The notes beneath the pieces were generated by a model. The model was not told the DNA's origin. It ran no database searches and saw only the letters and a list, made by a program, of their open reading frames with translations. Source: Naegleria gruberi (Eukaryota). From it: a stretch of DNA of 64,000 nt. The stretch lies in the NCBI GenBank assembly GCA_000004985.1, contig GG738858.1; one strand, 5' to 3'. This document shows, piece after piece, positions 35,870 through 48,000 of this stretch. The stretch's first letter is position 1; the number at the start of each line of letters is the position of its first letter. The position numbers were made by a program, and so were the translations under genes.

Positions 35870-37400
35870 TTAATTGCTTTTAATAGGTCTAACAGACGAC
35901 AGTGAATCATAATCAATTTCCAAATCATCTTGATCATTTCTGAATACACACGATGTGAATTCATGATCTAGTAAAACATCATTCATAGTGTAAGAAAATC
36001 GTGCTTGGACATTTGCTGACGTAGCTTCATCAACAGCTTCCAAGCAGGCAATAATTTCAGTATTCTTACTAGTTTTCAATTTTCCATTTACCAAGTAAGG
36101 GTAAAGTGGTGATTCAATGGTAATAAAATGTACAACAGTGTACGGTAAACACAACAGTGGAGTTGATAAATCAATATCCATAGACTTTCCTGCTTGGTTA
36201 TTGATTTGGAAGTAGAGTTCTGAAACAACAGGATAAGTACCAACTCTCTTCTTTCTTCTCCAAAATGTGCTTAAAGCTGTAGTTTCTTGATCTTCGGAAT
36301 TTCTGTATAATTCAGCTTCCTCTACAACTGTTTCATTACTGTCAGCTATCTTGGGTTTCATTCCTGAAGATAATTCAACAAACTGCTGAACAACTCCCAC
36401 ATTAGATCTTTTAAGATCTAAGTTTTGGTGTTCCATAATCCGTTTAGCATGGTTTGTATTTACCCTTTCATGCTCATGTCTTTCATCTTCATTCTTCCAT
36501 TCAATGAATAGTAATCTCAGTTTGGTCGCAATAAATTGAGTTTTTCTCGAGTTAATAAATCTGAAAATCAAATACATTGGCAGAGTTTCCTTAAACGGTT
36601 GTGGTGGTATTATTGCTTGTTGAGCTCTTTGATTTACATCATTAAATATATCTTGTTTTGAAAAATATCCAATATGATTAATTACAGCATTCTTGCTGAA
36701 TAAAATTCTTTTCCTTAGTTTAGTAGGTCTAGAAAATTTAGCGACACTCAATGTAACGACAATTGTCGAAGTAAAAAGTCCTAAAAATGATTGTAAAACA
36801 ACCAAAACATTAGCATAGATGGATTTTGGATAGAGACCTCCATAACCAATTGTAAACATTGTTTGAACTGAAAAGAAAAAACATTGTAAAAAAGCATATG
36901 CTGTATAATCTCCTTCATCAAAATCAGGATTCAATCCACCAATAGTATCTTTACCAGCAACAAAATATGCCAATGCAAATACCAAATGGAGAATTAAATG
37001 AGACAAAATTATTAAAATTAGTAATTTCCACCAAGACCTATATATTGAATTTCATCATAAATTAACAATTCCACAAATGTTTCTTCATTAAAACATACCA
37101 AGATATCAAAAGGTGATACACTGATGTCAGATTCAATAAACTGCTCCTAATAACGTGTTGATTTTTTCTTCTCACTCTGTAGTGATTGGTTTTTCTTGAT
37201 ACTAATCTCGGTAAATCACGAACAAACGTTGGATAAGAAGACAAATGAACAGGACCTGTTCCTCCACTACTATTGTGATGAATATCTTCATTAGTCTTTG
37301 ATGTACTCAATTCAACCTTCTCCTCTCGAACATCATCCACATCCTCATAATCATCATCCTCTTTAAATTTACGGAATGCTTCTTTAATTCGTTTTATCAT
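35870..37400 (-). CDS. inward-rectifier-type (Kir-like) potassium channel; join(37400..37099,37037..35870)
   Basis: The selectivity filter is TIGYGG, preceded by an M1/pore-helix pattern (FLQCFFFSVQTMFTIGYGG) and followed by a Kir cytoplasmic domain. The 61-nt intron runs GTATGT..ATATAG. Confidence 0.65.
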
Positions 37401-37848
37401 TTTGTCTCTACTCTCTCAATATATTTTCCAACAAGTAAATTGGTGCAACGCAATTTTGAGAAGAGTGAATAAAGGATTTCTCTCGAAAAGTGTTGATGTA
37501 TTTTTTTATATGAAAGGCTTCTGGTATGATGAACAGACCAAACAAAAAGAAGGTTTTCCAAATTAGAACGAGTTTAATATTTCAAATATAATTTAAATAA
37601 AATTTAATGATATTTAATAAATATTAATTATTATTATTTTGTTATTATTTACAAGGAAAGTTAACCAATTTTGAAATTATTTACAAAAATAATTCACTGT
37701 AGCGAGATGATGAAAGAAGAGAGCAAACAACAAACCCTAGAATGTAGTTATTACTTCGTTACTAATAAAAACGTTTTTTAAATTGGTGATGATGAATTAT
37801 TAATCAACATCAATTAACGAATATTTAGTGTACTGATGAAGATAAAAA

Positions 37849-38208
37849 TTACAAGCCTAGAGAAGCGTTTGGAAAGGAAGAACCCGATCTAATACGATGT
37901 CTAATACGTGATGGAATAAACGTTGCGCTCTTTCCTCTCGATTTTACTGATGATTTTGTATTAGTGTTATTGTTATTGTTGTTGTTATTACTCTTATTCA
38001 TCAATAAGGATTGTTTTTTAATATTGGCAATAATTTCGTGTGCTTGGAGCGGATTTATTTCCTCACTTTCATCATGAAGAAGAGAAGGACGGATGAAGGT
38101 AGAATAATTAGCAAATTGATGATGGTGATGATTAAATAATTGTTTGGTGGTTGAGGTTGTACAACTGTTGAATTGCACTCGAAGCGAAAGCTTTCCAGAT
38201 TTGAACAT
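37849..38208 (-). CDS. hypothetical small protein with poly-N/H tracts
   Basis: ORF only. ATG at 38208. Confidence 0.2.
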   Translation of the reverse strand: MFKSGKLSLRVQFNSCTTSTTKQLFNHHHHQFANYSTFIRPSLLHDESEEINPLQAHEIIANIKKQSLLMNKSNNNNNNNNTNTKSSVKSRGKSATFIPSRIRHRIRSGSSFPNASLGL

Positions 38209-38370
38209 TTTTTTGTAATAATGCAATAAAAATATCTTTAGCTGGTTTTTGATTGAGGATCAACGATAAGGTTCAACCCTATTGAATTGAATTGGAATTT
38301 GTCTTTTATAATTAATTACTTTGAATGGAAGTTTATTTTTTAAATTTTACACTAATCTCATAATTGAAAC

Positions 38371-41300
38371 TTATTGAATCTTGTTGGTGACAATGAATTT
38401 GAATAAATCGCTGGCAAATGATTCGAAATGAGAACCAAAATCAATGACTTCTCTATATTCCTCTTCCAATTGTTCCAAATTATTCATGAGCATCATGTAA
38501 TTATTGTTACAGAGACGTGCAAGTTTTACAATGTGAACCATATTGTGCACATTGACAAATTCATCATTAGTAATGAGGAAAGGATACTTTTCTCTGATAA
38601 TTTGAAGGAATGGCAATGATTTGGCAATTAATTTGCTTTCACTTTCCTTTTCCTTCTTGAGAGTGTCTTCGTGTTGATCGACGTAGTGTTTCTCTGCTCT
38701 CCAAACTGGGAAACCACTCTTGAATTCTTTTGGTTCGAGTCCTCGTTCAACTTCATAAACTACAACTGATCTTGGGAATCGTGGAATTTCAGGAGCTGTT
38801 TCTTCACCTTCATACTTGTTAAGAGATTGAATGGTCTTGTTGTTAATTTCGAGTTCTTCTTCGGTTGGTTCTTCACCTTCTTGTGGTTTTGATTTTTCGT
38901 CTTCTTCAATTTCTTCATTCAAATCTTCTTGTAAAAGTGTGGCAACACCCTTGAGAACTAGTTGTCTCAAGGCAGTAGATGGAGTACATGGATACCAAAT
39001 AAAGATAACCTCAGAATAGTCGACAATCAAGATTTGATGTGAATTATTCAAATCTTGTTGTAAGAATTGTTGACCAACTTCACCAACACTCATTAATCTG
39101 AATTCATTATTTTGAATAATGGAACATTCCATGACTATACCTCTTGGATAGTTCAATCTTTCAGTAACATAATCAACATATTGATTATCGGATTCAGGGA
39201 ACAATTCCCAGAATTCTTCTGGTTCGAAACCTTCATCAATGGCAGAGACATCTCTGTTTCCAATTAAAGATTGGGCAAGTTTGAAGGCAATTTCCTTCTT
39301 CTTACCACTCGAGTAAATACCAACCCACAAATAGGCAGTTCTCAAGCCCAACAAGATATAGACATCATTTGAATTCAAATTGGTTCTCTTCTTTTCAACT
39401 TGAATGGCCTTTGAATTTCTAACAGTCTTACAATAGATTCTGTAGAGGGCAGAAACTGAACGCTTATTAGACATAGAACCATTGTGAATGGTCATGATAT
39501 GTTCAAAGATCTTCATAAAGTGATCGTTTTCTTTACCTTCCTTTTGAGTAACAATCTTAGCTGGATTGATTGGATCAGAGGCAAAGTTTTGGAAGTTTCT
39601 CTTCAAAATACGAGCACTGACAACTTGCTTACTTTCAGAACCTTCCCAACAATAGAGAATTCTTCTTGGAAGATAGAAAATCTTCTTCTTCTTAATATTG
39701 AGTGGTTTAACAATGAGTTGTTCCTCTTGTTCTTCTTGTTCTTCTGGTTCTTCTTGCTTCTTAATTTCATACTTTTTCTTTGGAACAACAACAGGTGCTT
39801 CAGCTTCAGAAACCTTAACACCCATACCATCAATGAGTTTCATTCTAGCTTCCAATGAATCGGAATCATCAGATTCATATCCCTTATATTTAGGTTCTGG
39901 ATAGTAATCATCTTCTGGTACTTCTTCTTCAGGTGGGGCTTCTCCTTCCTCTTCTTCATCTTCATCAGCGAATTGATCAGAACGATTCCATTCATAGAGA
40001 ATCAAGTAACAATCTTCAGAGTAAAAGTTACCCAATTCTTCTTCTGGAACTGGTTCAGCATAGTTGGCATCGACAACTCTCCAAATTTGAACAGTACCTG
40101 TACCTTCATCATCAGGATCAACATAATCCAATTTTTCCTTATAATCAAAGTCTTCAACCTTGATATCAATTTCTTGCTTATCAAATTCATCATCACAAAT
40201 TGTTGCCAATTCTCTTCTCTTCTTTTCATAAATTTCTGGGGTATCATACAAGTAGAAACCAAGTAAGAATCTCTCTCTGAATAAAACAGGTTCAGAATCA
40301 GAGAAACAACTGTGAGTTTCAAAAATATCAGGTGTGGATTCTTGAATGGTTTTAGCCAAAGCTTCACCACACTTTCTATCAACATATTTGGATTTCTTAC
40401 CAAACCATATATAAAGTTCACTCTTTGTTTCCAACAAGTAAACCTTTTCTTCGTCCAACATGTCACGTTTCAATTCACCAGCAGCAACTTTGGCAATATC
40501 ATACTTTTTATCTTCGACTGAGAGAACAGAAACACTGAAAAGGGTTGCAGCATCTTGTGAAGCATCAGTCTTTTCATGAACAATACCATATTCAGTGAAA
40601 GTTTGAATAATATCAGGATATTCAGATTCTTGACCTTGTGAAATAATTTTAACTTCACCTTTTCCTTTTCTATCATCGTGAATAATGTTACGAGCAACAT
40701 CGACACCTTTCAATTGTTCAAGCTTACTTGCTTCACTTCCAATCCAAACATAGACATTTTCTTCATTTTCAATAATAAAAACATCCTTATTGGATGATTC
40801 TGATTGAATTTCCTTGAGTGAAAGTGGAACTCTCTTTACAAGTAAACGACGTTTGTGATCGGCATCAACTTTCATTAAACGTGGTTTGAAAGCAGGTTTT
40901 GTAACTTTGAGCAAAGTTTCTTCAGTTGTGTTCATATCTCTATATTCAATGTGATGATCAAAATATTCGAGGAAATCCTCAGATTCATCTCTTTCTTCTT
41001 CTCTATAGAGAGAAGCTTTAATTCTCTTTGCCAATTCATCAGCCAAGAAGGCACAAACAGCTTGTTTCATAGTATTGGCATTCTTACCAATCCAATAGTG
41101 AATCCTCTTTAAACGATGTTCATCATCTTGAGCTTCAAAAGCATAAACACAAATATAACAATCAGATGAATTGAATTTTCCATGTTCTTCTTCAGGTACT
41201 TGAATTGGAATCATTTTCACAAGATGATAAATAGTTAAACCAGCACTTTCACCTGCACCCTCAAATAATTCATCCTGATTCAAGATAATATCTGGAGTTT

Positions 41301-41715
41301 CCAATGCTTTATCTAAATCCATCTTTTCTGCAACATCATCAACCAAAATTGATACACGTGAGTGCATTTCCTTTATCGAACGCATCACACGAATGGCTGT
41401 GGAAAATTTAGTAGCAGCTGGTTTCTCTTCAGAAGAAGAAGAAGTTTCTTTACCAGCAAATGTACTCATTGATTTCTTCAAATTTTTCATGGCTCCTCCA
41501 AAAAGTTGTTTTCTAGCTGCTGATCGATTGACAAGAGGTGAAGTGGTTGAAGTGGCAGCTGCAGCTGTGGCGACCACTTGAGGTGATTTATCATTTGTTG
41601 TTGGTTTCTCTTCTTCATCATCTGATGAGGAAGGGTTATTGTTATCTGTTTCTTCCTCATCACCTCCGTAGATGGCTGCCAATCTTTTACGTTCAAGTTC
41701 TTGTACGGATGACAT
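38371..41715 (-). CDS. gelsolin-repeat (villin/gelsolin-family) actin-binding protein with acidic inserts
   Basis: Several gelsolin segments are present: SDCYICVY...IHYWIGKNA, EKVYLLETKSELYIWFGKKS and TVQIWRV...YSEDCYLILY. The first ATG (MSSVQELERK) is at 41715; the ORF-track start 41775 is a GTG. Confidence 0.7.
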   Translation of the reverse strand: MSSVQELERKRLAAIYGGDEEETDNNNPSSSDDEEEKPTTNDKSPQVVATAAAATSTTSPLVNRSAARKQLFGGAMKNLKKSMSTFAGKETSSSSEEKPAATKFSTAIRVMRSIKEMHSRVSILVDDVAEKMDLDKALETPDIILNQDELFEGAGESAGLTIYHLVKMIPIQVPEEEHGKFNSSDCYICVYAFEAQDDEHRLKRIHYWIGKNANTMKQAVCAFLADELAKRIKASLYREEERDESEDFLEYFDHHIEYRDMNTTEETLLKVTKPAFKPRLMKVDADHKRRLLVKRVPLSLKEIQSESSNKDVFIIENEENVYVWIGSEASKLEQLKGVDVARNIIHDDRKGKGEVKIISQGQESEYPDIIQTFTEYGIVHEKTDASQDAATLFSVSVLSVEDKKYDIAKVAAGELKRDMLDEEKVYLLETKSELYIWFGKKSKYVDRKCGEALAKTIQESTPDIFETHSCFSDSEPVLFRERFLLGFYLYDTPEIYEKKRRELATICDDEFDKQEIDIKVEDFDYKEKLDYVDPDDEGTGTVQIWRVVDANYAEPVPEEELGNFYSEDCYLILYEWNRSDQFADEDEEEEGEAPPEEEVPEDDYYPEPKYKGYESDDSDSLEARMKLIDGMGVKVSEAEAPVVVPKKKYEIKKQEEPEEQEEQEEQLIVKPLNIKKKKIFYLPRRILYCWEGSESKQVVSARILKRNFQNFASDPINPAKIVTQKEGKENDHFMKIFEHIMTIHNGSMSNKRSVSALYRIYCKTVRNSKAIQVEKKRTNLNSNDVYILLGLRTAYLWVGIYSSGKKKEIAFKLAQSLIGNRDVSAIDEGFEPEEFWELFPESDNQYVDYVTERLNYPRGIVMECSIIQNNEFRLMSVGEVGQQFLQQDLNNSHQILIVDYSEVIFIWYPCTPSTALRQLVLKGVATLLQEDLNEEIEEDEKSKPQEGEEPTEEELEINNKTIQSLNKYEGEETAPEIPRFPRSVVVYEVERGLEPKEFKSGFPVWRAEKHYVDQHEDTLKKEKESESKLIAKSLPFLQIIREKYPFLITNDEFVNVHNMVHIVKLARLCNNNYMMLMNNLEQLEEEYREVIDFGSHFESFASDLFKFIVTNKIQ

Positions 41716-41891
41716 TTGGTTTGATGACTTTTTTTTGTGATTGTGATGGACAGTTGATTGGAGAAACCCAAGCACAGCAGTGAAGATGTTGAAACAGAAG
41801 GGTTAATTGACTGAAGAAACTCAAGTGAAAGTATTAGAAACATGTCAAATACAAATTTTAATGGATTAGTAAGGGTGTTCAAAATTTCTTC

Positions 41892-43569
41892 CTAAATAAG
41901 CAAATATGATATGGAAACTATCAGTAGAATAATTAAATAAACATTATTCGAAACAAACGAAAGTGAGGCCGAATTACAATTACAAATATTAATTCCCTTA
42001 CAATCTGGATCCATAACTTTTCCACATTGACAATCACATCCATCATTAGCATTCCAAAAAGATTTATCACAAGTCCACTCATCTGGTGCATCAGAGTATT
42101 CGTATTGACAAACGCCAGTGACATTATGACATCCACTCACAAACTTTCCTCTCACCTTTGGACAATTATTAATTTCAAAGAGTTTAGCATTGTCACAATC
42201 TGGATCATATGCTCCACATCCACAATGACATGATTTACCATCTAAATATTGAGAGGGTGGACATGTCCACTCTGACGGAACAGTTACCAATTGATTTTCA
42301 ATATTTCTTGAGGATTTTCTTGCAAGATTTTCTTCAGAGTAGAGAAAGGTTGTGTTAATTGACTCAATTAGTTGTGGAGAGGTTGTATTGTATTGGTATC
42401 TTTCAACTAGATAGGCAACTTCTTCACCAATTGACTCTTCATATCTGTAATAAATTTTCACATAATCATAAGATGATCCATCAATCCATGCACCTGTATT
42501 GACATGTAAAAATTGAGCACCTGATTTGCTTTCCAGTAATTTTAAAAGTGGTTTATGCGTATGACCCATCACCACAATCTTATCTTGTTTTGGATCGGTT
42601 ATTCTGGTCAGAATTGGTGAATAATCATCACAACTAGCTCTGACCATATCATTCACTTCACCACTTGTATAATTAGCTGTATATCTAGTTCTCAAATATG
42701 AGTATTTTCTATTGGCCAACTCAACTGTAACATCACAATTATCACAATTACCCCAAAAACAACCTCCCTTAAAGACAGTTGTACTATTGTAGGGATAATC
42801 TCCAAATGCCTTCTTAATGGCAGAAACATGAAGAACATCACCCCAAGTACCAGTTGCAAAGTTTCCAATGAAATAGGCCAAGAGTGAACAAAAGTTTTTC
42901 AATACACCTGGAGCTGATGTTACACCACTTGTTATGGAAGCTCTGGCAATGTAATAACCTATATCAAGTTATGTGAAATTGTTGTTACAAGGATGTCTCG
43001 AAGGACTTACCTAGTGGACGAATATTATCTGGATGTGGTGCATTGAAGAAATCACGTTTGTGTCCATGTTCAAATCTTACACCTGTATCTGAATATTCAG
43101 TCTTATAGAATAATCTATCAAATGCATATTCATTTCGTAACATTTCCAAATCAGAATTGGATATTTCCATATCGTGATTTCCTTGAGTAAGAACTACTCT
43201 TGCTTGATTGAAATCTGAGGCAGCTCTTAGTGCTTGAAGGATTTTCTTAATATCTGCTCCGAATCTTTCCGTACTCACAAAGAGTTCTGTATTTTTAATT
43301 GGCATTTCGTCTACTTTATCCAACCAAAATTCAAAGAAATCACCATTAATAACAATATTAGTAAGAGGAGGACCATTCTCTCCTCTTACCTTTGATTCCG
43401 TTCTTGCCAAATCATAGAGGAATTGCTTTAAATTATGTCTCGACTGTTTAGTTTGAAACCAAGGTCCTCCTATATGCAAATCACTCACAACAATAGTTTG
43501 CCTGTGTGCATGAATAATGATGACATGGATGACAAACAAAATGAAGAATAGGATAGCTCGTAATATCAT
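41892..43569 (-). CDS. secreted/membrane calcineurin-like metallophosphoesterase with C-terminal Cys-rich repeats and hydrophobic tail; join(43569..43011,42958..41892)
   Basis: A signal peptide (MILRAILFFILFVIHVIIIHA) leads. MPP motifs are present: VVSDLHIG, INGDFFEFW, LTQGNHD, VVMGHTHKP. The 52-nt GTAAGT..ATATAG intron joins the two ORFs in frame. Confidence 0.65.
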
Positions 43570-43694
43570 CGTGATGAAGTTGATGTTGTTTTTTTCAAAG
43601 TCTTCTTCATAAAATATTTAACATGTGACATTTTCAATTTAAAATAACATTAAAATTCTTTGGCGGGAAATTTTCCGTTAAAAAGTTGAAAAAA

Positions 43695-44672
43695 ATGAAG
43701 CAAAGTGTAAGGCAAGCACTTTTTGTTCGCTTCACATCAAAACATCATCAGGGTTTTATCGGAGCAGCATCATCAGGATTATCGGAAGGTGTTGTTGGTA
43801 ATACTTTTAATGCATTTGTGAGGAATGAATTATTTCCCAAATTTGTAGACAAGTATCAATTAAAATATGGAAATCAAGTGGATGATAATGCATCACCATT
43901 ATTTATTTTAAATGTTGAATCGGGTGATGATGTAAAAATGACACCTCTTTTATCAATTGTTCCAATGTTTGATTTACAAAAAATTCAGAATGGAATTATT
44001 GAAAAATCCAAGTTGAACAAACCCTTGAGCATTGATTTTATGAATGAGAATTCTAATAATTTGGCCAATCGAGGAATTTCAAAATCTAGTGCCTTGTTTA
44101 AAGCTTGTAGTGTAAAGAATAGAAAAGCTGAACAAGTGACAGTGTTGGATGCAACCACAGGTTTAGGAAAGGATACCAACATTTTATCTCAGTTAGGATT
44201 CAACTTGATTTCATGCGAAAGACATCCACTCATGTCTCTAATGTTGAGGAGTTCAATCAGTAGAGCAAAGGAAGAGGGTTATTGTAAAAATATTCTACAC
44301 TTATTTACAGAAACAGATTCCAGATTATTAACAAGTGAATCATTCAAAGAAACAGCGTTGCCTGATGTCATTTATATTGATCCAATGTTTACTCATACTG
44401 GTACAGCCCTCCCAAAATATGATTTACAAGTTTTGAGACAAATAATGACTCTAATAGATTTTGAAGAAATACATAATCCAGACTTTACAGTTATAGATTC
44501 TGCTAATTATGAGAAATCTATGGTTGAGTGGGCTTTAAATCTTCATCCTGGAATTAAGAGAGTAGTTCTTAAACGACCAAAGAAATCACCAACTATAATG
44601 GAAGACAAAATTGTTCATAGCTATTCTGACGGCCCAAAAGGTGATATTAGATATGATCTTTATATTTCGTAG
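43695..44672 (+). CDS. RsmJ-like (bacterial-type rRNA m2G) SAM-dependent methyltransferase with N-terminal presequence-like extension
   Basis: VLDATTGLGKDTNILSQLGFNLISCERHPLMSLML...DVIYIDPMF matches the RsmJ core [35 protein letters not shown]...VVYLDPMFP. Confidence 0.55.
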   Translation: MKQSVRQALFVRFTSKHHQGFIGAASSGLSEGVVGNTFNAFVRNELFPKFVDKYQLKYGNQVDDNASPLFILNVESGDDVKMTPLLSIVPMFDLQKIQNGIIEKSKLNKPLSIDFMNENSNNLANRGISKSSALFKACSVKNRKAEQVTVLDATTGLGKDTNILSQLGFNLISCERHPLMSLMLRSSISRAKEEGYCKNILHLFTETDSRLLTSESFKETALPDVIYIDPMFTHTGTALPKYDLQVLRQIMTLIDFEEIHNPDFTVIDSANYEKSMVEWALNLHPGIKRVVLKRPKKSPTIMEDKIVHSYSDGPKGDIRYDLYIS

Positions 44673-45080
44673 ATAACATTTTCCATTTCTTCATATGGAT
44701 TTGTTCTTGCTCTCCAATGGCAACATGGTTCTTTGGCTAGATAATGAACTTTTAGTACTCATCTACAATAAGAATAACATTCATTATCAGATCATGGTTG
44801 GAATTGAATCAATATCTTCTTCCATACAACAAGATTTCTTATCTCCAATGAAATCCTCAAGTAATAGAGATAATATATTGAAATCACATGTTCAGTTACA
44901 TTTGTATTAAGGTTCATCAGCAACAAAACTTAAAAAAAAAACAATTAACGCACCAAAAGTCCCGAAGGTGTCGATATCTTTTTTGATCATACTCTTGTAT
45001 TTCAAAATCATCAATTGATTTAAGTTTAAGGATCACAAAATAATTTGTAAATTACACCTTTGAAGGTTAAATAATACAAT

Positions 45081-48000
45081 ATGGGAGCATCAGGATCAGT
45101 ACCCTCAAAAAACAGAATTCAAAGCTCGGATCAACCACCAACCTCAGCAAGGGTTACTGGTAAAATTACAAACACTGTAACACAAGTAGAACAAAATCGT
45201 TCTGAGATTCCAATCATTCCCGAAGCTGTTCTTCAACACACCAAAACATCTTCACTCCGTAGATTCAATATTAAAAGTTATGAAAAACATGATGAAGAGA
45301 TTTTGAATGATTGGTCGAACATATTGCATAAAGGTCATAAGGCAAATATAATTCCTGGAGATGGTCTTGATTATAGTGCAAATACGTTAGAACCACACAT
45401 TCTATTTTCTGATCTTGTTCAATCTGTTGATGAGCATGACATATTAAAGGGTGTAAGAGTGAGGGAACACCAGGTTGTACTTATAACAGTTAAGGGATAC
45501 GCAAGTCCTATTGCAAGTTGTTTGAGAATGGAGAGATATTGCGATGGAAGTGATAATGAAACTACTACAGTCTTTTCAAAGGTGCAAACACTTGCTTGCA
45601 TTGCACACGACCAAAAACTGTCATCAATTTTACAAAACTCTATTCTCCCATCTATTACTATTGATCAAACCAAGCTACCTTCAAACAGAGTTAGCGATAC
45701 TTCTAAGCCAATAGTAAGCATTCCAACTGTTGGAGAATTTGAAAAGATTATGACTTTTACTGAAGAGTGCTTGATAAAAATTGAAGCTGGTATGGAATTT
45801 TCAATAGAAAATATCAGTACATATATGTGGACATCTCTTGGTATTCCTTTGCTTCATTTTGCAGTCTCAGTCGATAATATTGCTGCCGTTAAAAAACTAT
45901 TGGATTGTGGGGCAAGAATTGAAAATAAGGACTGCTTTGGGAGAAACGCCCTTTTCTATATTAGAAGTCACAATGTTGCAACAATATTGATCCAAAAGCT
46001 AACTGAATTGGATTTGCTTGAGAGCGAAATATGCTCTGTAGATACAAATTCACAATTGATATCACATGTGTTGGTCTCTAATTATTACACCAATCCTGGA
46101 TTGACCAAATCAGTGTTATTAGAAATTTCAAAGAGTATTTCAAAAGAAATGTGCATTAGTCTTTTTAATTCTCTAAATGGTAGCTCAAAAACAGCAATTG
46201 ATGTTTTGAATTCTCAAGTTTATAATTATGCCAAAAAGTTCAAAAATACTTCTCATCACACCCTAATGACTTATTTATTTGAAGAAATCAAATGGCAAAT
46301 AGAAAACAAGATGAATTTTCACCAATTACTTCAAACCAAATTGATTACTGGAGGATCGTTGTCCTTCTTTTCAGAGGCTGCTAGCGAAGAGAACATAGCA
46401 CTTTTGCACTACTTACTTGAAAACAGAATAATTGATAATGATATTGACATTTCTGAATACATTACTAGTGTACATGTAGCTAAAATGGTTGTTCAATTGG
46501 TCCCTGAGATTTTTGATAGATATATACATGATAATACTGAAAATACTTCTTCAAGTAGTGCCTTGTCGAGAGTAATTCTTAATATGCGATCAGGAAATAT
46601 TCCTCTAATCAATTTTATAATTGAGCAATATGACTACAAGCTTTTGCCCCAAGAAATTAATCAAATTATTGAACTTGCAATCAATAAGAGGACACAAACC
46701 AAGATGATGCCTGTACTTGAAAAGTGTATCAGTAATGTAACTGATTCGTCATTAATAGTTCAAACCAATAGCAAAGGAGAGATTTTTTCCAAACTGAAAA
46801 AAGCAAATACTTTCACCCTTTGTTCTCCATTTGAGTTCATTTTGTCTTTGGATAGATCAGTTTCAGATGGTGTAGCAAAGATTGAGAAAGTAATGTGGGA
46901 TAGAATCAAATCGATAGCAGCAACAGATGATTCTACTCGCTCTTTGCTACTAAACTCGTGCGGATGCATACTTTCTGTATTAATCAAAAACAAGAAGCTT
47001 GATATGATAGAGGATGTTGTTGCTTACTTGCTCAAATTTGGATTAACAGTAGGAAATCTATCTTCTAATACTGGCCACCACAAATGGTCTCAAGAGGATA
47101 TGATTTATAATTCAATTAGTTCATTATTTCACAGAAAAGAAGATGTAATTTCCGGTCTCACCTTACCGCTCTTAAAATCCTTGATATCAGTTACCAGAAA
47201 CAGAGAGGATCTTCAAACTCATATTCTTATTTTAGCTCTTTACATTAAGAAAGCTGATATTTCGACATTGAAAAAGCTTCTGACTTTAACCCTTTCATTC
47301 CCTTGTTTTGGCAATGAATTCGAAATAACTGACGATTTGAAGGTACAATTTCTTGATTTTGATGACCTCAAATTGAAAAAGTTTGTTCAGCCATGTACTA
47401 GACTTGAAAATCTTCCTCCAGTATGTGAATCTGTTCATATTGAGTTGAGTCTAGACAAATCAAGAAAATCAGAAGTTTATCCTCTATTAATTAAGGATGG
47501 AGTGGTTCAAAAAGACTACGATATTTTCATAGAAAAATGTGATATCACATTCTTCAAGAAAATGGCTGACAATATCTATACTGAATATTATTGGACTGAC
47601 TTAGTTCAGGATTTTTGTACTTTGGTTCTAGAGAAAAATTTTAAAGATGTCACTAAATTGGAGTATTTAATTAAGAAAGATCCCGAATGTATCAATGACA
47701 CAATGAAATTGTGTATTATTAAGGATTATTTGGGACAAAATATTCCAATTGATATATACACAGAGATCGCATCTCTTGGTGAGGTAAATGAAAGCTCTTT
47801 CGAGATGTGGAAAAAGTGCTATGCAAAAAATAAGAATATTAGTTGGAATTCTGTTAAAACTCTGCTGTTAAAAGGTAATATCCCCTGTGCAATAGCCACT
47901 GGATTGTATAGATTGGATCTTTTGGAAAAGATAATCCCTGATATCAAATTGTTAAAACAATCAGAATTGATGGATATTTGTCAATATTTAATACTTTCCA

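Noticed and set aside
43695-44672. Bacterial contamination or operon context for the RsmJ-like gene
   Set aside because: The flanking genes on both sides contain spliceosomal introns and eukaryotic domains, so the contig is eukaryotic.
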